The notes below the pieces were generated by a model. The model was not told the DNA's origin. It was given only the letters and a program-made list of their open reading frames with translations, and made no database searches. From Chiloscyllium plagiosum (lineage: Eukaryota), in the NCBI RefSeq assembly GCF_004010195.1, contig NC_057719.1, positions 20,428,362-20,482,209 on the forward strand: a stretch of DNA of 53,848 nt, read 5' to 3'. Positions 12,257 through 25,400 of the stretch are shown in pieces. Position numbers and translations under genes: made by a program. How positions within the stretch are numbered: position 1 is the first letter of the stretch; every line of letters starts with the position of its first letter.

Positions 12257-12614
12257 GCTATTTTCCCAGGCAGCGAAGAGAAAACAAATGGTGACATTTC
12301 CCCAACATGACAGCCGGAACAGCTGGCAGCTGCAGGCCAGTGCTGAAACTCATTGGCATCTTCTTTGTGTATTCAACTTGGCCAGCATTCCCCAATACCT
12401 CAGGCAACAGCCTGCACCTTCCATCCACGGACGTTGGCATCAAAACAGCACTATCCTCACCACATCATTGGTGCATATTTGGGACTGATTTAAATACATC
12501 AGTACTGCATTTTAGAGCTCAATGGTACATTACATTGTGAAGTCGTTTTGCACACACAGACATGGATCCATCTCACGCGTCAGAACAATGATGGTATCTA
12601 ACACAGGTTATTGA

Positions 12615-14043
12615 CAAAAGAAAGAGAGGAAATTGCTCGGGCCTTAACTAAGAACTTTGTATCCCCATTAGCCACTGGAGAGGTCTCAGCCGACTAGCGA
12701 GTAGCTAACATTGTTCCTTTGTTCAAGAAGGGAAAATAGGGATAATCCAGGAAACTATTGACTGGTGAGTCTCACATTGGTGGTTTGGAAGCTGTTGGAG
12801 ACAATTCTTATGGATAGAATTTGTGCACATTTGGAAAAGCATGGTCTAATAAGGGACAGTCCACCTGGTCTTTTACAGGGCAGGTCATGTCTTGGTTGAA
12901 TTTTTCAAGGAGGTGATGAAGGTGATTGATGAGAGTAGAACAGTGGATGTTGTTTACATGGATTTTAATGAGACTATCAACATGGTTCCTCAGGCTCATC
13001 AAGAAGTTTAAGATACATGGGATCCATGGTAACTTGGCCACGGAGGTCAATGATTAGTGTTGTTCTGCAGGGATCCGTTCTGGGACCTCCGCTGTTTGTG
13101 GTACATATAATAAATGTAGATTGGTGCATTAGTAAGTTTGCAAATAATACAAAGATCGTGAAGTTGTGGATATGCAGCAGATTGTCAAAGGATTCAGCAG
13201 GACATAGGTCAGTTACAGTTATGGGCGGAGAAATGGCAGATGGAGTTTAATCTGCAGTGTGAGGCATTGCACTTTGGGAGATCAAATGTTCAGGAAAAGT
13301 ATACAGTTAATGGCAAGACCCTGAATGGCATTGATGTACAGAAGGATCCTGGGGTTCAAGTCCATAGCTTCTTGAAAGTGATCACGCAAGTAGATAGGGT
13401 GGTAAAGAGGGCATATGGCATGCTTGCCTTTATAGGTCAAGGAATTGAGTACAACTATCAGGATGCCATGCTGGAGTTTTATAAGACTTTGCTTAGGATA
13501 CGCTTAGAGTATTGCATTCAATTCTGATCGCCACATTCCAAGAGGGATGTGGAGGCTTTGGAGAAGGTCCAGAAGAGGTTTTCCAGGATGCTGCCTGGAT
13601 TAGAGGATATGAGCTATAAGGAGAGGCTAGGAAAACTCAGTTTGTTTTCTCTTGAGCAGCAGAGGCTGAGGGGAGACTTGATAGAAGTTTATAAAATGAG
13701 AAGATGCATAGATAGGGTTGGTGGGCAGAATCTTTTTCCCAGAGTTGCAATGTCTAATACTAGGGACCACATTTAAAGTGAGAGCTCAGAAGTTCAAAGG
13801 GAGGGGCAGGTTTTTTACATAGAGAGATCAGGAGTCTGAAATGCACTGTCAGGAGTGCTGGTGGAGGCAGATATGATAAGGTCATTTAAGGAATGTTTAG
13901 ATAAGCACATAAATATGGAAGGAATGGGGGGGGGATATGGACCAAGGGCAGACAGAAGGGATTAGTTTAATTTGGCATCATGTTCAGCGCAACATCATGG
14001 GCCAAAGGGCCATTCCTATGCTGTACTGCTCTATGTTCTATTG
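12615..14043 (+). mobile_element. CR1 LINE, RT region to 3' end, with internal deletions
   Basis: QGSVLGPPLFVVHI, SKFANNTK, CEALHFGRSN, YKTLLRIRLEYCIQF, LEKVQKRFSRMLPGL, RLRGDLIEVYK; tail ctctatgttcta. Confidence 0.92.
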
Positions 14044-14069
14044 TGCATCTCTTAGTGCCCTTTCATTTT

Positions 14070-14865
14070 TGCTAAATTTGCATCCACTTGGATGCTCACA
14101 TCATCTCTGCTGTGTCTTGCTTTGCCTCTTGGTGTAGACAGAGATTAGAGCAGCTTGTCATGTTTGGCAGTATTGTCAATTCGGGACAATGGTCAATTAG
14201 AGGGTTGATCAATCGTCAGCTGAGAGACGTAGACAGGTGCTCTAAGTGAGTGGATAGGCTGCACAGACAGCAGAAAGGGTTAGCAGCTTGGGGGGATAAG
14301 GTGGGTGAATTGCACTGAGGGAAGATGTTGCATGCGATATTAAGATTCATAAACCTTGGTGTGTACTGGTGCAATAGTAGAATTGGAGAGAAAGTTGGGC
14401 AGCGTAGAGAGGGTAATGGCACATACCCTTGCAGAGCCCCAAGAAAGTCATTAATCTTCATACAACATGCTAAATTTGCATCCACTTGGATGCTCACAGC
14501 ATCTCTGCTGTGTCCTGCTTTGCCTCTTGGTGTAGACAGAGATTAGAGCAGCTTGTCATGTTTGGCAGTGTTGTCAATTCGGGACAATGGTCAATTAGAG
14601 GGTTGCTCAATCGTCAGCTGAGAGACGTAGACAGGTGCTCTAAGTGAGTGGGTAGGCTGCACAGACAGCAGAAAGGGTTAGCAGCTTGGGGGGATAAGGT
14701 GGGTGAATTGCACTGAGGGAAGATGTTGCATGCGATATTAAGATTCGTAAACCTTGGTGTGTACTGGTGCAATAGTAGAATTGGAGAGAAAGTTGGGCAG
14801 CGTAGAGAGGGTAATGGCACATACCCTTGCAGAGCCCCTAGAAAGTCATTAATCTTCATACAACA
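14070..14865. repeat. Tandem duplication, 2 x 398 bp
   Basis: Units 14070-14467 and 14468-14865 both begin TGCTAAATTTGCATCC and end AATCTTCATACAACA. About 7 substitutions by eye and no indels. Confidence 0.95.
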
Positions 14866-15825
14866 TTGATGACTGTTTACCAAACAGTGGGCACCACACT
14901 AACCCAGGAGGCTAATTATACAGCATTATACATAGTTAGTATTCAATGATTGCCCCCACAATACGAATGCCAGAAGAGCAAAACAATCCACCACTACTGA
15001 GCATATGATACAGTAAACGTGGTGCTATGGATGCTTGGTGCATACTTAATAAAGTGAGGAGCTGAGAGTTGTGTGAGGTAGCTCACTGAAGCTTACAGAG
15101 AGAGAGTCTGTGTAATTCCCTAAAATTGATGGAGGCAATTTTTAGTGCAATTCAACCCACCATTTCGGTCACTTCCAACATGAGAAGAATGGACTTTTCA
15201 TATTCTGGGAGTTCTCACTTCCATTTTGACCCTTGACCCTGACAAAGGTTAGCAGGAGGTTAAAGCACCAAGTGGGGTGTTGTATTGCCTCCCTGAGAGT
15301 TTATACTAAGGTTTGAACCTAAACTCTTGAAAAGCTTGGATTTCTGAAGAACTAAATTTTAAAACAATCCCAGAGGGTGGTTGAGGTTGCAACTTCTTCC
15401 TTTCCAGATAAATATAATCCAAGTTAGACAACAATTCTCACATCACCGGTGGAGAGAGGTGGAGAGGTGACAAATACAGTAGGTGGGTCCTCTCATTCCT
15501 CCAGGCTCTTTACTGGAGGAGTCTGTTGTCAGATGAACCATATTCATCATGGAGTGAGAGCTATCTGGTAGAGTTGCTGCCAGATATTCTCTCAGAATCA
15601 GAGAATCATGCAGCACAGAAGAGGCTTTTCAGCCCACCAAATGTATACTTGCAAGTATGTTTTCTTTTCAAACTTGGAAGTTTGGTACTTGTCTATGCCT
15701 GAAGACTATTAACTTAGATGCCATTTTTATCAGTGGTCTGTTGGTTCCTTCAAATTGGAAAACAATTTATTTCCTCTACCCCAGGCATGTTTCCTGCTAA
15801 AACAGGGAAATGCTCCATTCTAAAA

Positions 15826-15950
15826 AATGACAGATACTGTAAATCAGAAACAAAAGTAGAAAATCCTGGAAAAGCTCAGCAGGTCTGGCAGCATCTGTGG
15901 AGAGTAATCAGAATTAATGTTTCAGGTCGAGTGAACCTTCCTCAGAACTC
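15826..15950 (-). mobile_element. Solo PLE-terminus short element with HHR motif (15911-15950)
   Basis: Reverse complement resembles 11949-12086. HHR reads GAGTT CTGAGGA A GGTTC-ACTC-GACCT GAAA CA TT AATTC. Confidence 0.8.
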
Positions 15951-17242
15951 AAATGCTCCATTATATCTGGAAGAACTGTAATCTCATGAATTTCGTTTCT
16001 GGAGTACAGCTTCCCTGTTGAAACTGACACATTCTTTTGCAGTATCCTGAATTGTCAAACAAGGCAATTTCCTTTTGACTGTGTCCTGAATCTCTATCCT
16101 ATCTCATTGATGGCATCCATGGACTCATATGCACCACAATCTCAATCGGTCACAGTAGATATTATGCTTAATTTGCCAGTAAATCTGTGTTATTATGTAA
16201 AAGGAATAATGTTTGCTGTTGGATCAAAATGAAGGTATTGTAGGCCAGTAGCTCTGATGACCATTTGAATGTGGTGTAATATGCTTATAAAGTTATCGGA
16301 TAACTTACTTCATTTGATTTGTTTATGAATTTTTTAGGTTTAGTACATTGTTCTAAAAATTAATAAGTTCTGATTTTGATGTCTGCTATATTGTCATTTT
16401 TAACAATTTTACAGAAAATCCAGTTGAACATAATTTGGTTTACACCAGTCAGTGTTAAAATAGACTGACCGTGAACAGGGACCTGCCATCTTGGGTTTCA
16501 CATTCATCAGCTTATAACCCCTTGGCTCTAAGGTTTGCTGTTTAGTTGAAAGACTGCACTGTTGCTACAACTGACATCTAATTTAAATAGAAGATCATAT
16601 AACTCATGGCCAGCATACCTCCCTGCTTTCCCTTGCCCCTACTCTGCTCAGTTACAGCCCAGCGAAATTCCGGGTTAATGTTAAACTCACCAGGATGAAA
16701 TACTTGTCAGTTAAATTGGCAAAGGACATGCATATTTACCTCCTCGCCTTTCAGTGAAGCTGTAACAATCATGTTAGATCAACAATCTCCATCATACCCT
16801 ACATATCTTCCCTTATCATGCCAGCATAGAGAAAAGGGCATTGATTCTTGTGACCAGCATGTTCTCATTTGTCTGCTTTGATCTGAGGGACTTGTTTAAA
16901 TGAGGATGAATATTTCTAACTTCCTTAAATTATCAATATATTTGAAGTTAGCCACTGACCTAAATCTTAAGCAGAAACAGTTTCCAGACTCCAGAAGCTA
17001 ATTTCTGACTTTCTCACTTTTTTTCATCAATTTCACTTGTTTATTTATACCCAAATCTAATGAATGCAGGAGAATTTGCATAGAAATCCTCTAGTTTGTC
17101 TGCTTTAATTTTGATGCCAGAATATGAGAGTATAGAATAACTTCTGAAAAGATATCATATCAGGTGATGTACCCTACTCTAACTTCTTGAAACCTGCATT
17201 CTTTACTACCGAGGTTAACTCATTCTGCTTTCCATCAATGCT

Positions 17243-17550
17243 GCACGGTGGCTCAGTGGTTAGCACTGCTGCTTCACAGCACCAGGGTCCCAGGTTTGAT
17301 TCCAGCCTTGGGCAACTGTGTGGAGTTTGCACATTCTCCCCATGTCTGCATGGGTTTCCACTGGGTGCTCCGGTTTCCTCTCAGTTCAAAGATGTGCAGT
17401 TTAGGTGAACTAAATTGTCCATGGTGCTAGGTACATTAGTCAGAGGGAAATTAATCTGGGTGGGTTACTGTTCGGAGGGTCGGTGTGAACTGGTTGGGCC
17501 AAAGGGCCTGTTTCCACACTGTAGGGAATCTAATCTAATCTAATCTAAAA
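17243..17550 (+). mobile_element. HE1-type V-SINE
   Basis: Same A/B boxes, V-domain and (TAATC)n tail as 5224-5533. Confidence 0.92.
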
Positions 17551-17857
17551 CTTTACTTCAACTTGTTCTATTACATAGGACTGTTTACTTGTGCATGGGG
17601 ATTTGCAGCATTGGTGAGACCAACATGTTCTTGACTGTAATAAAGCAGAAAAAGACTCATCACAGTTCAAAAGGAAAATCTGTCTCTGCTAAACTCTGAC
17701 TTAAATTCTCCAGAGTCACAGAGTCCATTAATCTGCAGTTATCAATAATGGAAGTATCAGTGGATTATACTGATTTAATAACGCATGGTTTTTTTTCTTC
17801 CAATAATTTACGTTGTTCTGAAGTTAAAATAATTTTCAAAAGCTTAAAGAACTTTGT

Positions 17858-19668
17858 CTAAATTGGAGAAAGGCCAATTTTGATGGTATTAAGCAAGAAC
17901 TTTCAAAAGCTGATTGGGCAGATGTTCGCAGTAAAGGGACGGCTGGAAAATGGGAAGCCTTCAGAAATGAAATAACGACAATCCAGAGAAAGTATGTTCC
18001 TGTTAGGGTGAAAGGAAAGGCTGGTAGCTATAGGGAATGCTGGATGACTAAAGAAATTGAGGGTTTGGTTAAGAGAAAGGAGGAAACATATGTAAGGCAT
18101 AGACAGGATAGATCGAGTGAATCCTTAGAAGAGTATAAAGGCAGTAGGAGTATACTTAAGAGGGAAATCAGGAGGGCAAACAGGGGACATGAGATACCTC
18201 TGGCAAAGAGAAGTAAGGAGAATCCAAAGGACTTTTATAAATACATTAAGGACAAAAGGGTAACTAGGGAGAGAATGGGGCCGCTCAAAGATCAGCAAGG
18301 CAGCCGATATATAGAGCCACAGGAGACAAGGGAGATACTAAACGAATATTTTGCATCAGTATTTACTGTGGAAAAGGATATGGAAGACATAGAATGTCGG
18401 GAAATAGACGGTGACATCTTGAAAAATGTCCATATTACAGAGGAGAAGGTGTTGGATGTCTTGAAACGCATAAAAGTGGATAAATCCCCAGGACCTGATC
18501 AGGTGTATCCTAGAACTCTGTGGGAAGCTAGGGAAGTAATTGCTGGGCCTCTTGCTGAAATATTTGTATCATCAATAGTCACAGGTGAGGTGCCACAAGA
18601 CTGGTGGTTGGCTAACATGGTGTCACTGTTTAAGAAGGGTGGTAAGGACAAGCCAGGGAACTATAGACTGGTGAGCCTGATGTGGTCCACTAGTTTGCAT
18701 CATTTATATAAATGATTTAGATTGAACATAGGAGGTATAGGTAGTAAGTTTGCAGATGACACCAAAATTGGAGGTGTAGTGGACAGCGAAGAAGAAGGTT
18801 ACCTCAGATTACAACAGGATCTTGATCAGATGGGCCAATGGGCTGAGAAGTGGCAGATGGAATTCAATTCAGATAAATGCGTGGTGCTGCATTTTGGGAA
18901 AACAAATCTTAGCAGGATTTATATACTTAATGGTAAGGTCCTGGGAGTGTTGCTGAACAAAGAGACCTTGGAGTTCAGGTTCATAGCTCCTTGAAAGTGG
19001 AGTCGCAGGTAGATAGGATAGTGAAGAAGGTGTTTGGTATGCTTTCCTTTATCGGTCAGAGTATTGAGTACAGGAGTTGGGTGGTTATGTTGCGGCTGTA
19101 TAGGACATTGGTTCGGCCACTGTTGGAATATTATGTGCAATTCAAGTGTCCTTCCTATTGGAAAGATATTGTAAAACCTGAAATGGTTCAGAAAAGATTT
19201 ACAAGGATGTTGCCAAGGTTGGAAGATTTGAGCTATAGGGAGAGACTGAACAGGCTGGGGCTGTTTTCCCTGGAGCGTCGGAGGCTGAGGAGTGACCTTA
19301 CAGAGGTTTACAAAATTATGAGGGGCATGGATAGGATAAATAGACAAGGTCTTTTCCTTGGGATGGGGGAGTCCAGAACTAGAGGGCATTGGTTTAGGGT
19401 GAGAGGAGAAAGATATAAAAGGGACCAAAGGGGCCACTTTTTCATGCAGCAGGTGGTACGCCCTATGGAATGAGCTGCCAGAGGAAGTAGTGGAGGCTGG
19501 TACAATTACAACATTTAAAAGGCATTTGGATGGGTATATGAATAGGAAGGGTTTGGAGGGTTACGGGTCGGGTGCTGGCAGGTTGGACTAGATTGGTTTG
19601 GGATATCTGGCATTGACGGGTTGGACCGAAGGGTCTGCTTCTATGCTGTACATCTCTATGACTCTATG
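17858..19668 (+). mobile_element. CR1 LINE, 5'-truncated, with a large internal deletion near 18683
   Basis: ORFs 18008-18715 (KENPKDFYKYIK..KSPGPDQVYPRTL..KPGNYRLVSL), 18722-18994 (SKFADDTK) and 18991-19473; tail ctctatgactctatg. Confidence 0.95.
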
Positions 19669-21584
19669 GCTCCCTGACTCTATATATTGGTTCTTTCACA
19701 CTTTGGTGAGCTATAACTGTACTCCCAATTGCATGCAAAAATATTTTACTCAGCTTCTGATCTAGGATCTAGCTTGGAATCAATTCTAACATCTTCAAAA
19801 TAGCTTTCTCCAAGATGTCCAATTCATTTGAAATCTGCCTGGTGGTATGCTTTTTGCTGCCAGGTCTTCCTACTGTGATTATTTATTTTCTTTACCTTTT
19901 AGCTCTTTAGTGTAGCATTGCTGCTACTACTCTACTCAAAGCACTTCTCATTCTTTTGTAGTCAAAGTAGAAATTCCTGTCCTCAATGAATAAAACAAAT
20001 GATTTCCAGCTTTTGCAGAGACTTTCTTGATGAATTGTGCTAAGTGCGCTACTCTACACTGTCGCTACTGGAGCAAATGTTGCCACTCTTCAGTGCCATC
20101 ACACCTCCATGATGCCATTGCCACCATGAATCCTCGCTCCCTCAACAATTCAGACACTACCAATGCCACCGGGTACTGCACCAGCCCAAATGCAACTCCT
20201 CTGCTGCCAAGAATCTGGGCCCACCTCAAGCGATGCAGCCAGGGTCTCATACCAGGCCCAAAATCACCTCCTCCGCCACCTCCATGAATCTGTAATGGAC
20301 TGAGATGCTACCAGGAATCCATGTAAGATGTGTCCCATTCCTTTAAAGGTTTTTCTCAGGGGAATTCCACAGTCTGTGGCTGCAACTCCTCATGAAATCT
20401 GATGATGCTTCATCAAATGCTGTGAGTAGAGATATGTGCATCATGTCAATGTTACTTACTTACAGCAGTGTGGTGTGCAGCCTTATTTAGACAAGGAATC
20501 TTCCCGTAATCTGCAGTCTGGTGGGTGACATGTTGTCACAATTTGCAACTGATAATAAAAGACACTAATTTGATTCAGCATTTTAAGCGTTAATGTTAAT
20601 TTAAATACCTTGTCATTAGCAAAAAGCACTGAATCTGACATGGGATTAGTGAGGTATAAAGGAATTTGACAGCATTGAAGTCTAATGGTAAAATAATACA
20701 GCCTTTCTGTAGTTACTGGGAGACCATATATGTTAAATATATTGATTAGTGTCACATAACTCACATGGAAGGATTATTGTGTGACATCTGTCACATTTAA
20801 ATTTTGTTTGAACAATGTAATTATATTTCACTGACCAAATCATACTCTTGGCTAAATCAATACAACATGACATTCATAACTTCTCCGTAATCATGCATTT
20901 TTCTATTAATTTATGAAAAAGCAAACATTTCTTAGACTTATTGGTTTAAAATGGATTTTGCATATTTGCACAATATTTGTGGCTTAAACATATTTTGCTC
21001 CTTTTAAAAACAGAGAAAAGCATGGAATGAGAAAAGGCATTTTGTTCGATTGAGCCCGCATCTGTCACAAACTCTGTAAGATACCACAAAATTGATGCTG
21101 AACTGTGGATTTATCCATTATGGAAAATCAATCATTTTTCTCTTTGACCCTGAAGTTTGCTGAAGAGAACTGCGATGGTAGAGTTCTTTTGGTTCTCTTT
21201 TTTAAAGATGGTTCTGACTATCTCTCCACATCTCCACAGTCAAATTAATCCGAATTTAATCCAGCAGACGTTCAGCAGCTGGGGCTTTGGCAGATTCCAA
21301 CCACCACCACCACCTTCAGTGACACTCGACAATGGGGGTTAGAACATACATCCACAGCTTAGACTTTTTGGAAGAGAGATTTTGCAAATCAAAGAAAACT
21401 GGCCGCAGCAAGGATAAGAACACAAGTTGCTTGACTGGAATCAGACTGTACAATAATTAGAGAGTGAGGTCACATGGAGTGTGGTTGAAAACATATTGGA
21501 TTTACGTACAGAAGACACAGTGAGTTGATTCTTACATTTAATTTTTGGTTGAAGTGTCAGCTGTGGCATGTTCCATGGAGGGTA

Positions 21585-22047
21585 GGTTTGGAATGGTAGG
21601 CCTAACATACGATGAACAGTTGAGGATCCTGGGATTGTATTCATTAGAGTTGAGGAGGTTGAAGGAAGATCCAATAGAAATTTACAAGATAATACATGGC
21701 TTAGATAGGGTGGATACTGGGAAGTTGCTTCCTTTAGGTGGAGAGACTAGGACCCATGGGCACAGCCTTAGAATTGGAGGGGGTAAATTTAGAATGGAAA
21801 TGAGGAGACATTTCTTCAGCCAGAGAATGGTGGCCCTGTGGAATTCATTGCCGCGGAGTGCAGTTGAGGCCGGGACGTTAAATGTCTTCAAGGCAGAGAT
21901 TGATAAATTCTTAATCTCACAGGGAATTAAGGGCTACAGGGAGAGTGCAGGTAAGTGGAGTTGAAATGCCCATCAGTTATGATTAAATGGTGAAGTGAAC
22001 TCCATGGGCCGAATGATCTTATTTCCACTCCGATATCTTATGGTCCT
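21585..22047 (+). mobile_element. CR1 3' fragment
   Basis: LTYDEQLRILGLYSLELRRL..IEIYKI..RHFFSQRMVALWNSLP..FKAEIDKFL; tail tcttatggtc. Confidence 0.92.
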
Positions 22048-23344
22048 TTAGGTTTTTTGCCGCAAAGTGCAATAATATCACTCTATGTATTTTGCCAAAC
22101 TTGTCTCATTAGCTACCTATCCTGGTCAATGGCATCCAATTAGCCAAGTACTAGACCCACACTACCATTTGGCAGTCCCAGAACAACTCACCACTTACCT
22201 CATATCTGCTGAAAGATTGTCATCCCTGGCACTTTCACCATATTTAAAAGTCAGCTGTTCACCCAGACCAGCATGGCAATCCACCATTGCCTCTCACCAG
22301 CAGCAGAATGGTACTACATACTCCTCACAGCACATAGCTGGCATGGTCAACATTTCCTCACACATACAATCCCATTATATTGCCCGAGTCACAGCTTAAC
22401 CCTATGGTCAGATAGCTTACCTGTCCCCAGCTAGATCCCATCCGAACATTCTCTCCTAGTCACCATTCCTCTGTCCCCAGTACCCACTGGATGTTTGTTT
22501 CTTGCCACTGTCCAGTAAGGGAACAAGCGATTGGAAAATTCCAAAGAAAAACTTTTATTTACAAGCAGGAAGACCAAATGCAAACAAAATGAATAGTGGT
22601 TGCAGTTGGCAGCCAAAACGCAAATCAAATGTTCATATGATGACCAATTATTAATTGACAGTCCGTAAGAGTGTGCTCCACGCAGCTATCATCTACTGGG
22701 ACCTGTGTGGCTTAAAGCACTCAATGCAGCTGAGTCCATCCATGCATAAGGAGAGTTTCCTCTTCCACAACATCCACTCCCTCCTCATTGAAAAGCTGCT
22801 TGGTTGTAGCAGTAGAAGTGTTTCATCAATTGCCCTATTGTCTGCTCCTCTATGGCATTGGTCAAAGTGTGAGTGACATTGTATCTGAACCCTGCATTAG
22901 TCAGGCAATTGTGTAATGTTGCCACAAGCTATAGACACTGTGGGTATCCTTTGTCCCCTGGTAACCAGACTCGGAAGAATGTAGCTGGACACTCAAACAC
23001 ACCAACTGCACAAGCATACTCCAGGATGTCATGACAGCTGCCAGGTTAGTGGGTGCACACCTCCAGAAAATGGTGATGGTGATTACAGATCACCTGAACA
23101 TTAACCAAATGGAATGCCTTCCTACTGATGAATTCTGAAGCCTCGAGATATTGCTCTCTCAGTGTCATGGTGCTCAGTCAATGGCACATTGCCCGTGGGG
23201 GAAGCCAGGTATGGGTCCCCAAATCTTACTGGCTGGACTGAAGCACTGACCTCATCATGGGGGATTGAAAATTTCCAAAGTTGCACGACCCCTGAGAGAA
23301 AATAATTTCCCTCATCGCAATCCTTCACCCATTAAAACTGTGTG

Positions 23345-23815
23345 CCTGACTTCTGGATAACCCCCTTTTCCACATGCACATTCTCAAGGCCATTCAGGAT
23401 CTTATAAACTCCAATCATGTCATCCTGCTCCTCAGAACGCTAGTGAAAACAAGGCCAGTGTGTACAATCTTCTCTCAGGAGGCAACCCATTCAGTCCAGG
23501 AATCAATCCAATAAACCTTTTCCAGACTGCCTCCTATTTGTTTATATATTTTCTTAAATAAGGAGATAAAAACTGGACACAGTGATTAAGATGTAGTCTC
23601 AACAATGTCCTGGATCACTCAAACATAATATTCTTACTTTTATGTTCAATTCCTCTTCTAATAAAGGGCAATATCCCATTCATTTTTCTGATGATATACT
23701 GAACCTCCATAGTAACCTTTAGTGACTCAGAATAGCTAGATCCCTCCACTCCTGGAAGTTCTGCAATCATTCTAAATTTAAGTAATATTCTGTTTTATTT
23801 CTCATTCTTCTTGCC
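23345..23815 (-). mobile_element. Old CR1 RT C-terminal fragment
   Basis: ggagataaaaactggacacagtg (reverse of the YCVQFWSP region), ataaacctttccagactgcctcc, aacaaggccagt. Confidence 0.7.
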
Positions 23816-23821
23816 AAAGTG

Positions 23822-24028
23822 CCATGTTTCCTCTGGTGCTCCAGTTTTCTCCCACAGTCCAAAGCTGTGCTAAATTGCCATAGTGTTCAGAGATGTGTAG
23901 GTTGGGTATGTTAGCGGCAGGGTTACTGTAATGGAGTCTGGGTGGTGCGTCTGGGTGGGATGCTCTTCGGAGTATCGATTTGAACTCGACAGGCTGAATG
24001 GTCTTCTTCCACACTGTAAGGATCCTAT
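23822..24028 (+). mobile_element. HE1-type SINE, 3' half
   Basis: gtttcctctggtgctccagttttctcccacagtccaaag...gctaaattgcc...tccacactgtaagg. Confidence 0.78.
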
Positions 24029-24799
24029 GAAGTGACACAAAAAAAGCAGGACCCCCTCACACTTTTATTGGAGGTTGATGTGGAAGGAGCACAAGTGATG
24101 GTTTTCGGCAAAGAAAAGAACATGAGATTCACCACCTGAGGGATTGCGTGATTACCTTTGCAATTATCATTATGGGTATTTTTGTCAATAATAACAGAAT
24201 CCTGTAATACTTTACACATCTCAATCGAATATGGTGTTGAATGATCGAGTCAATTATCCACCATTTATGTGGGAGTCTGTGTGTCTTGGATTCAAGAAAG
24301 TGGACTTAAGCACTGTACAATGGGATTGATCAGGGTGAGAAATGAGTCATACTTTTAATGAGGATTAAGGCATCAAACATTGATGTGAAATTATGGCTGA
24401 GCAAATAGTTGCTGCAGCAATGTTGTGGTGAATGGAAGACAAGATGTTTGGATTTTGAAAAAGCAGGTGTAATTGGATAGAAGAACTTTTGCAAGTGTAA
24501 GTCCCGAAGGAAGTAAGTTCTGGAAGTGGAAAGGGGGGTGAGTTGAGACTAATGTAAAATTGATAGTTGATCAAATTTGTGATTGTCCTATTGGGAGTAA
24601 TGAGGACACAGAAAACGACAAAGTTTATGGGTTGGCTGAGATTATATGCTGGATATTTGAGTGAGGGAGCAAGGGTAAGGGAGCGAGCATGATAGGATGA
24701 TATCATCAAAGAAGAGTAATGGGCTTGAAGTAAAGTTTGAGGGAGGAAAGTAGTGGTGATATCACAGTGAAAAAACTGTCAAGGGTTAAAAAAGGACTT

Positions 24800-25400
24800 A
24801 GATGTATAAAATGCCTTTGAATCCACAAGGCATTCCAATGCAACTTACCAAAAACTCTTGAAGTTTATTCACTATTTTAACAAAGGAAATTTGTGTACTG
24901 CACAGCTCGCACACCAATATGAAATTGACCAGATATTCTGTGTTTGTTTATATTGTTGATTGAAGATGAATTATTGAAAGCTTATTTTAAATAAACATGA
25001 GATCTCTTGCATATGCCTGTAAGTGCAGAATGGACCTCAGTTTAAAGTTTGACTGAAAACAGTTAGTGCTCTCTCAGCACAACATTGAAGCTTTAGGGTT
25101 TTAGGCTAAGGTTTTGAATGGATATAAGTCCACAACTTAAGGAATCAAAGGTAAGTGTGCTATTGATTGAACCGTTATTGCATGGAGAGCGAAGGTTGTC
25201 AAGATTTCATTCTAAACTTCATCTCAAGATTTTTTATGGTCAAGTGAGTACTTTTGAGCAGTAAAATTTGTATAGCAAAGTCCTACGAACAGCAATGTGA
25301 TAGCAGCCAGATCATTTATTTTTTGTGATATTAAGTGTGGGCCAAGATACTGCTCTAGCTATGTACGTAAGTCTCTGAATTGAGACTTGATCCTCCAAGC
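24800..25400 (-). mobile_element. Two degenerate DeuSINE (SacSINE1/AmnSINE1-like) copies
   Basis: Matches the recalled Deu-domain order: aatgcctttg..ttgaagt..ttcactatt..ttgtgtactgca..gaccagatattctg..ttgattgaag..cagaatggacctcagtttaa..ccacaac..aaaggtaagtgtgcta. A second copy has tgagtacttttgag..aacagcaatgtgata..ccagat. Confidence 0.6.

Noticed and set aside
14216..14883. Pair of near-identical ORFs as a small gene family
   Set aside because: A by-product of the 398-bp duplication, with no coding signature.
18008..19473. Longest ORFs as host protein-coding genes
   Set aside because: They are broken CR1 ORF2 pieces. The other long ORFs are likewise CR1 or PLE fragments or their antisense shadows.
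21208..21529. Coding exon between tttttaaAG and GTGAGT
   Set aside because: All three frames hit stops and the peptide is unrecognised. A non-coding exon cannot be supported without RNA data.
22085..23340. DNA transposon (Harbinger-like) remnant
   Set aside because: Composition suggests an old repeat, but no TIRs or transposase motifs could be read. The same holds for 20050-20480.
24365..24780. L2 fragment on the minus strand
   Set aside because: Purine-rich and L2-like in style, but no diagnostic motif could be recovered.
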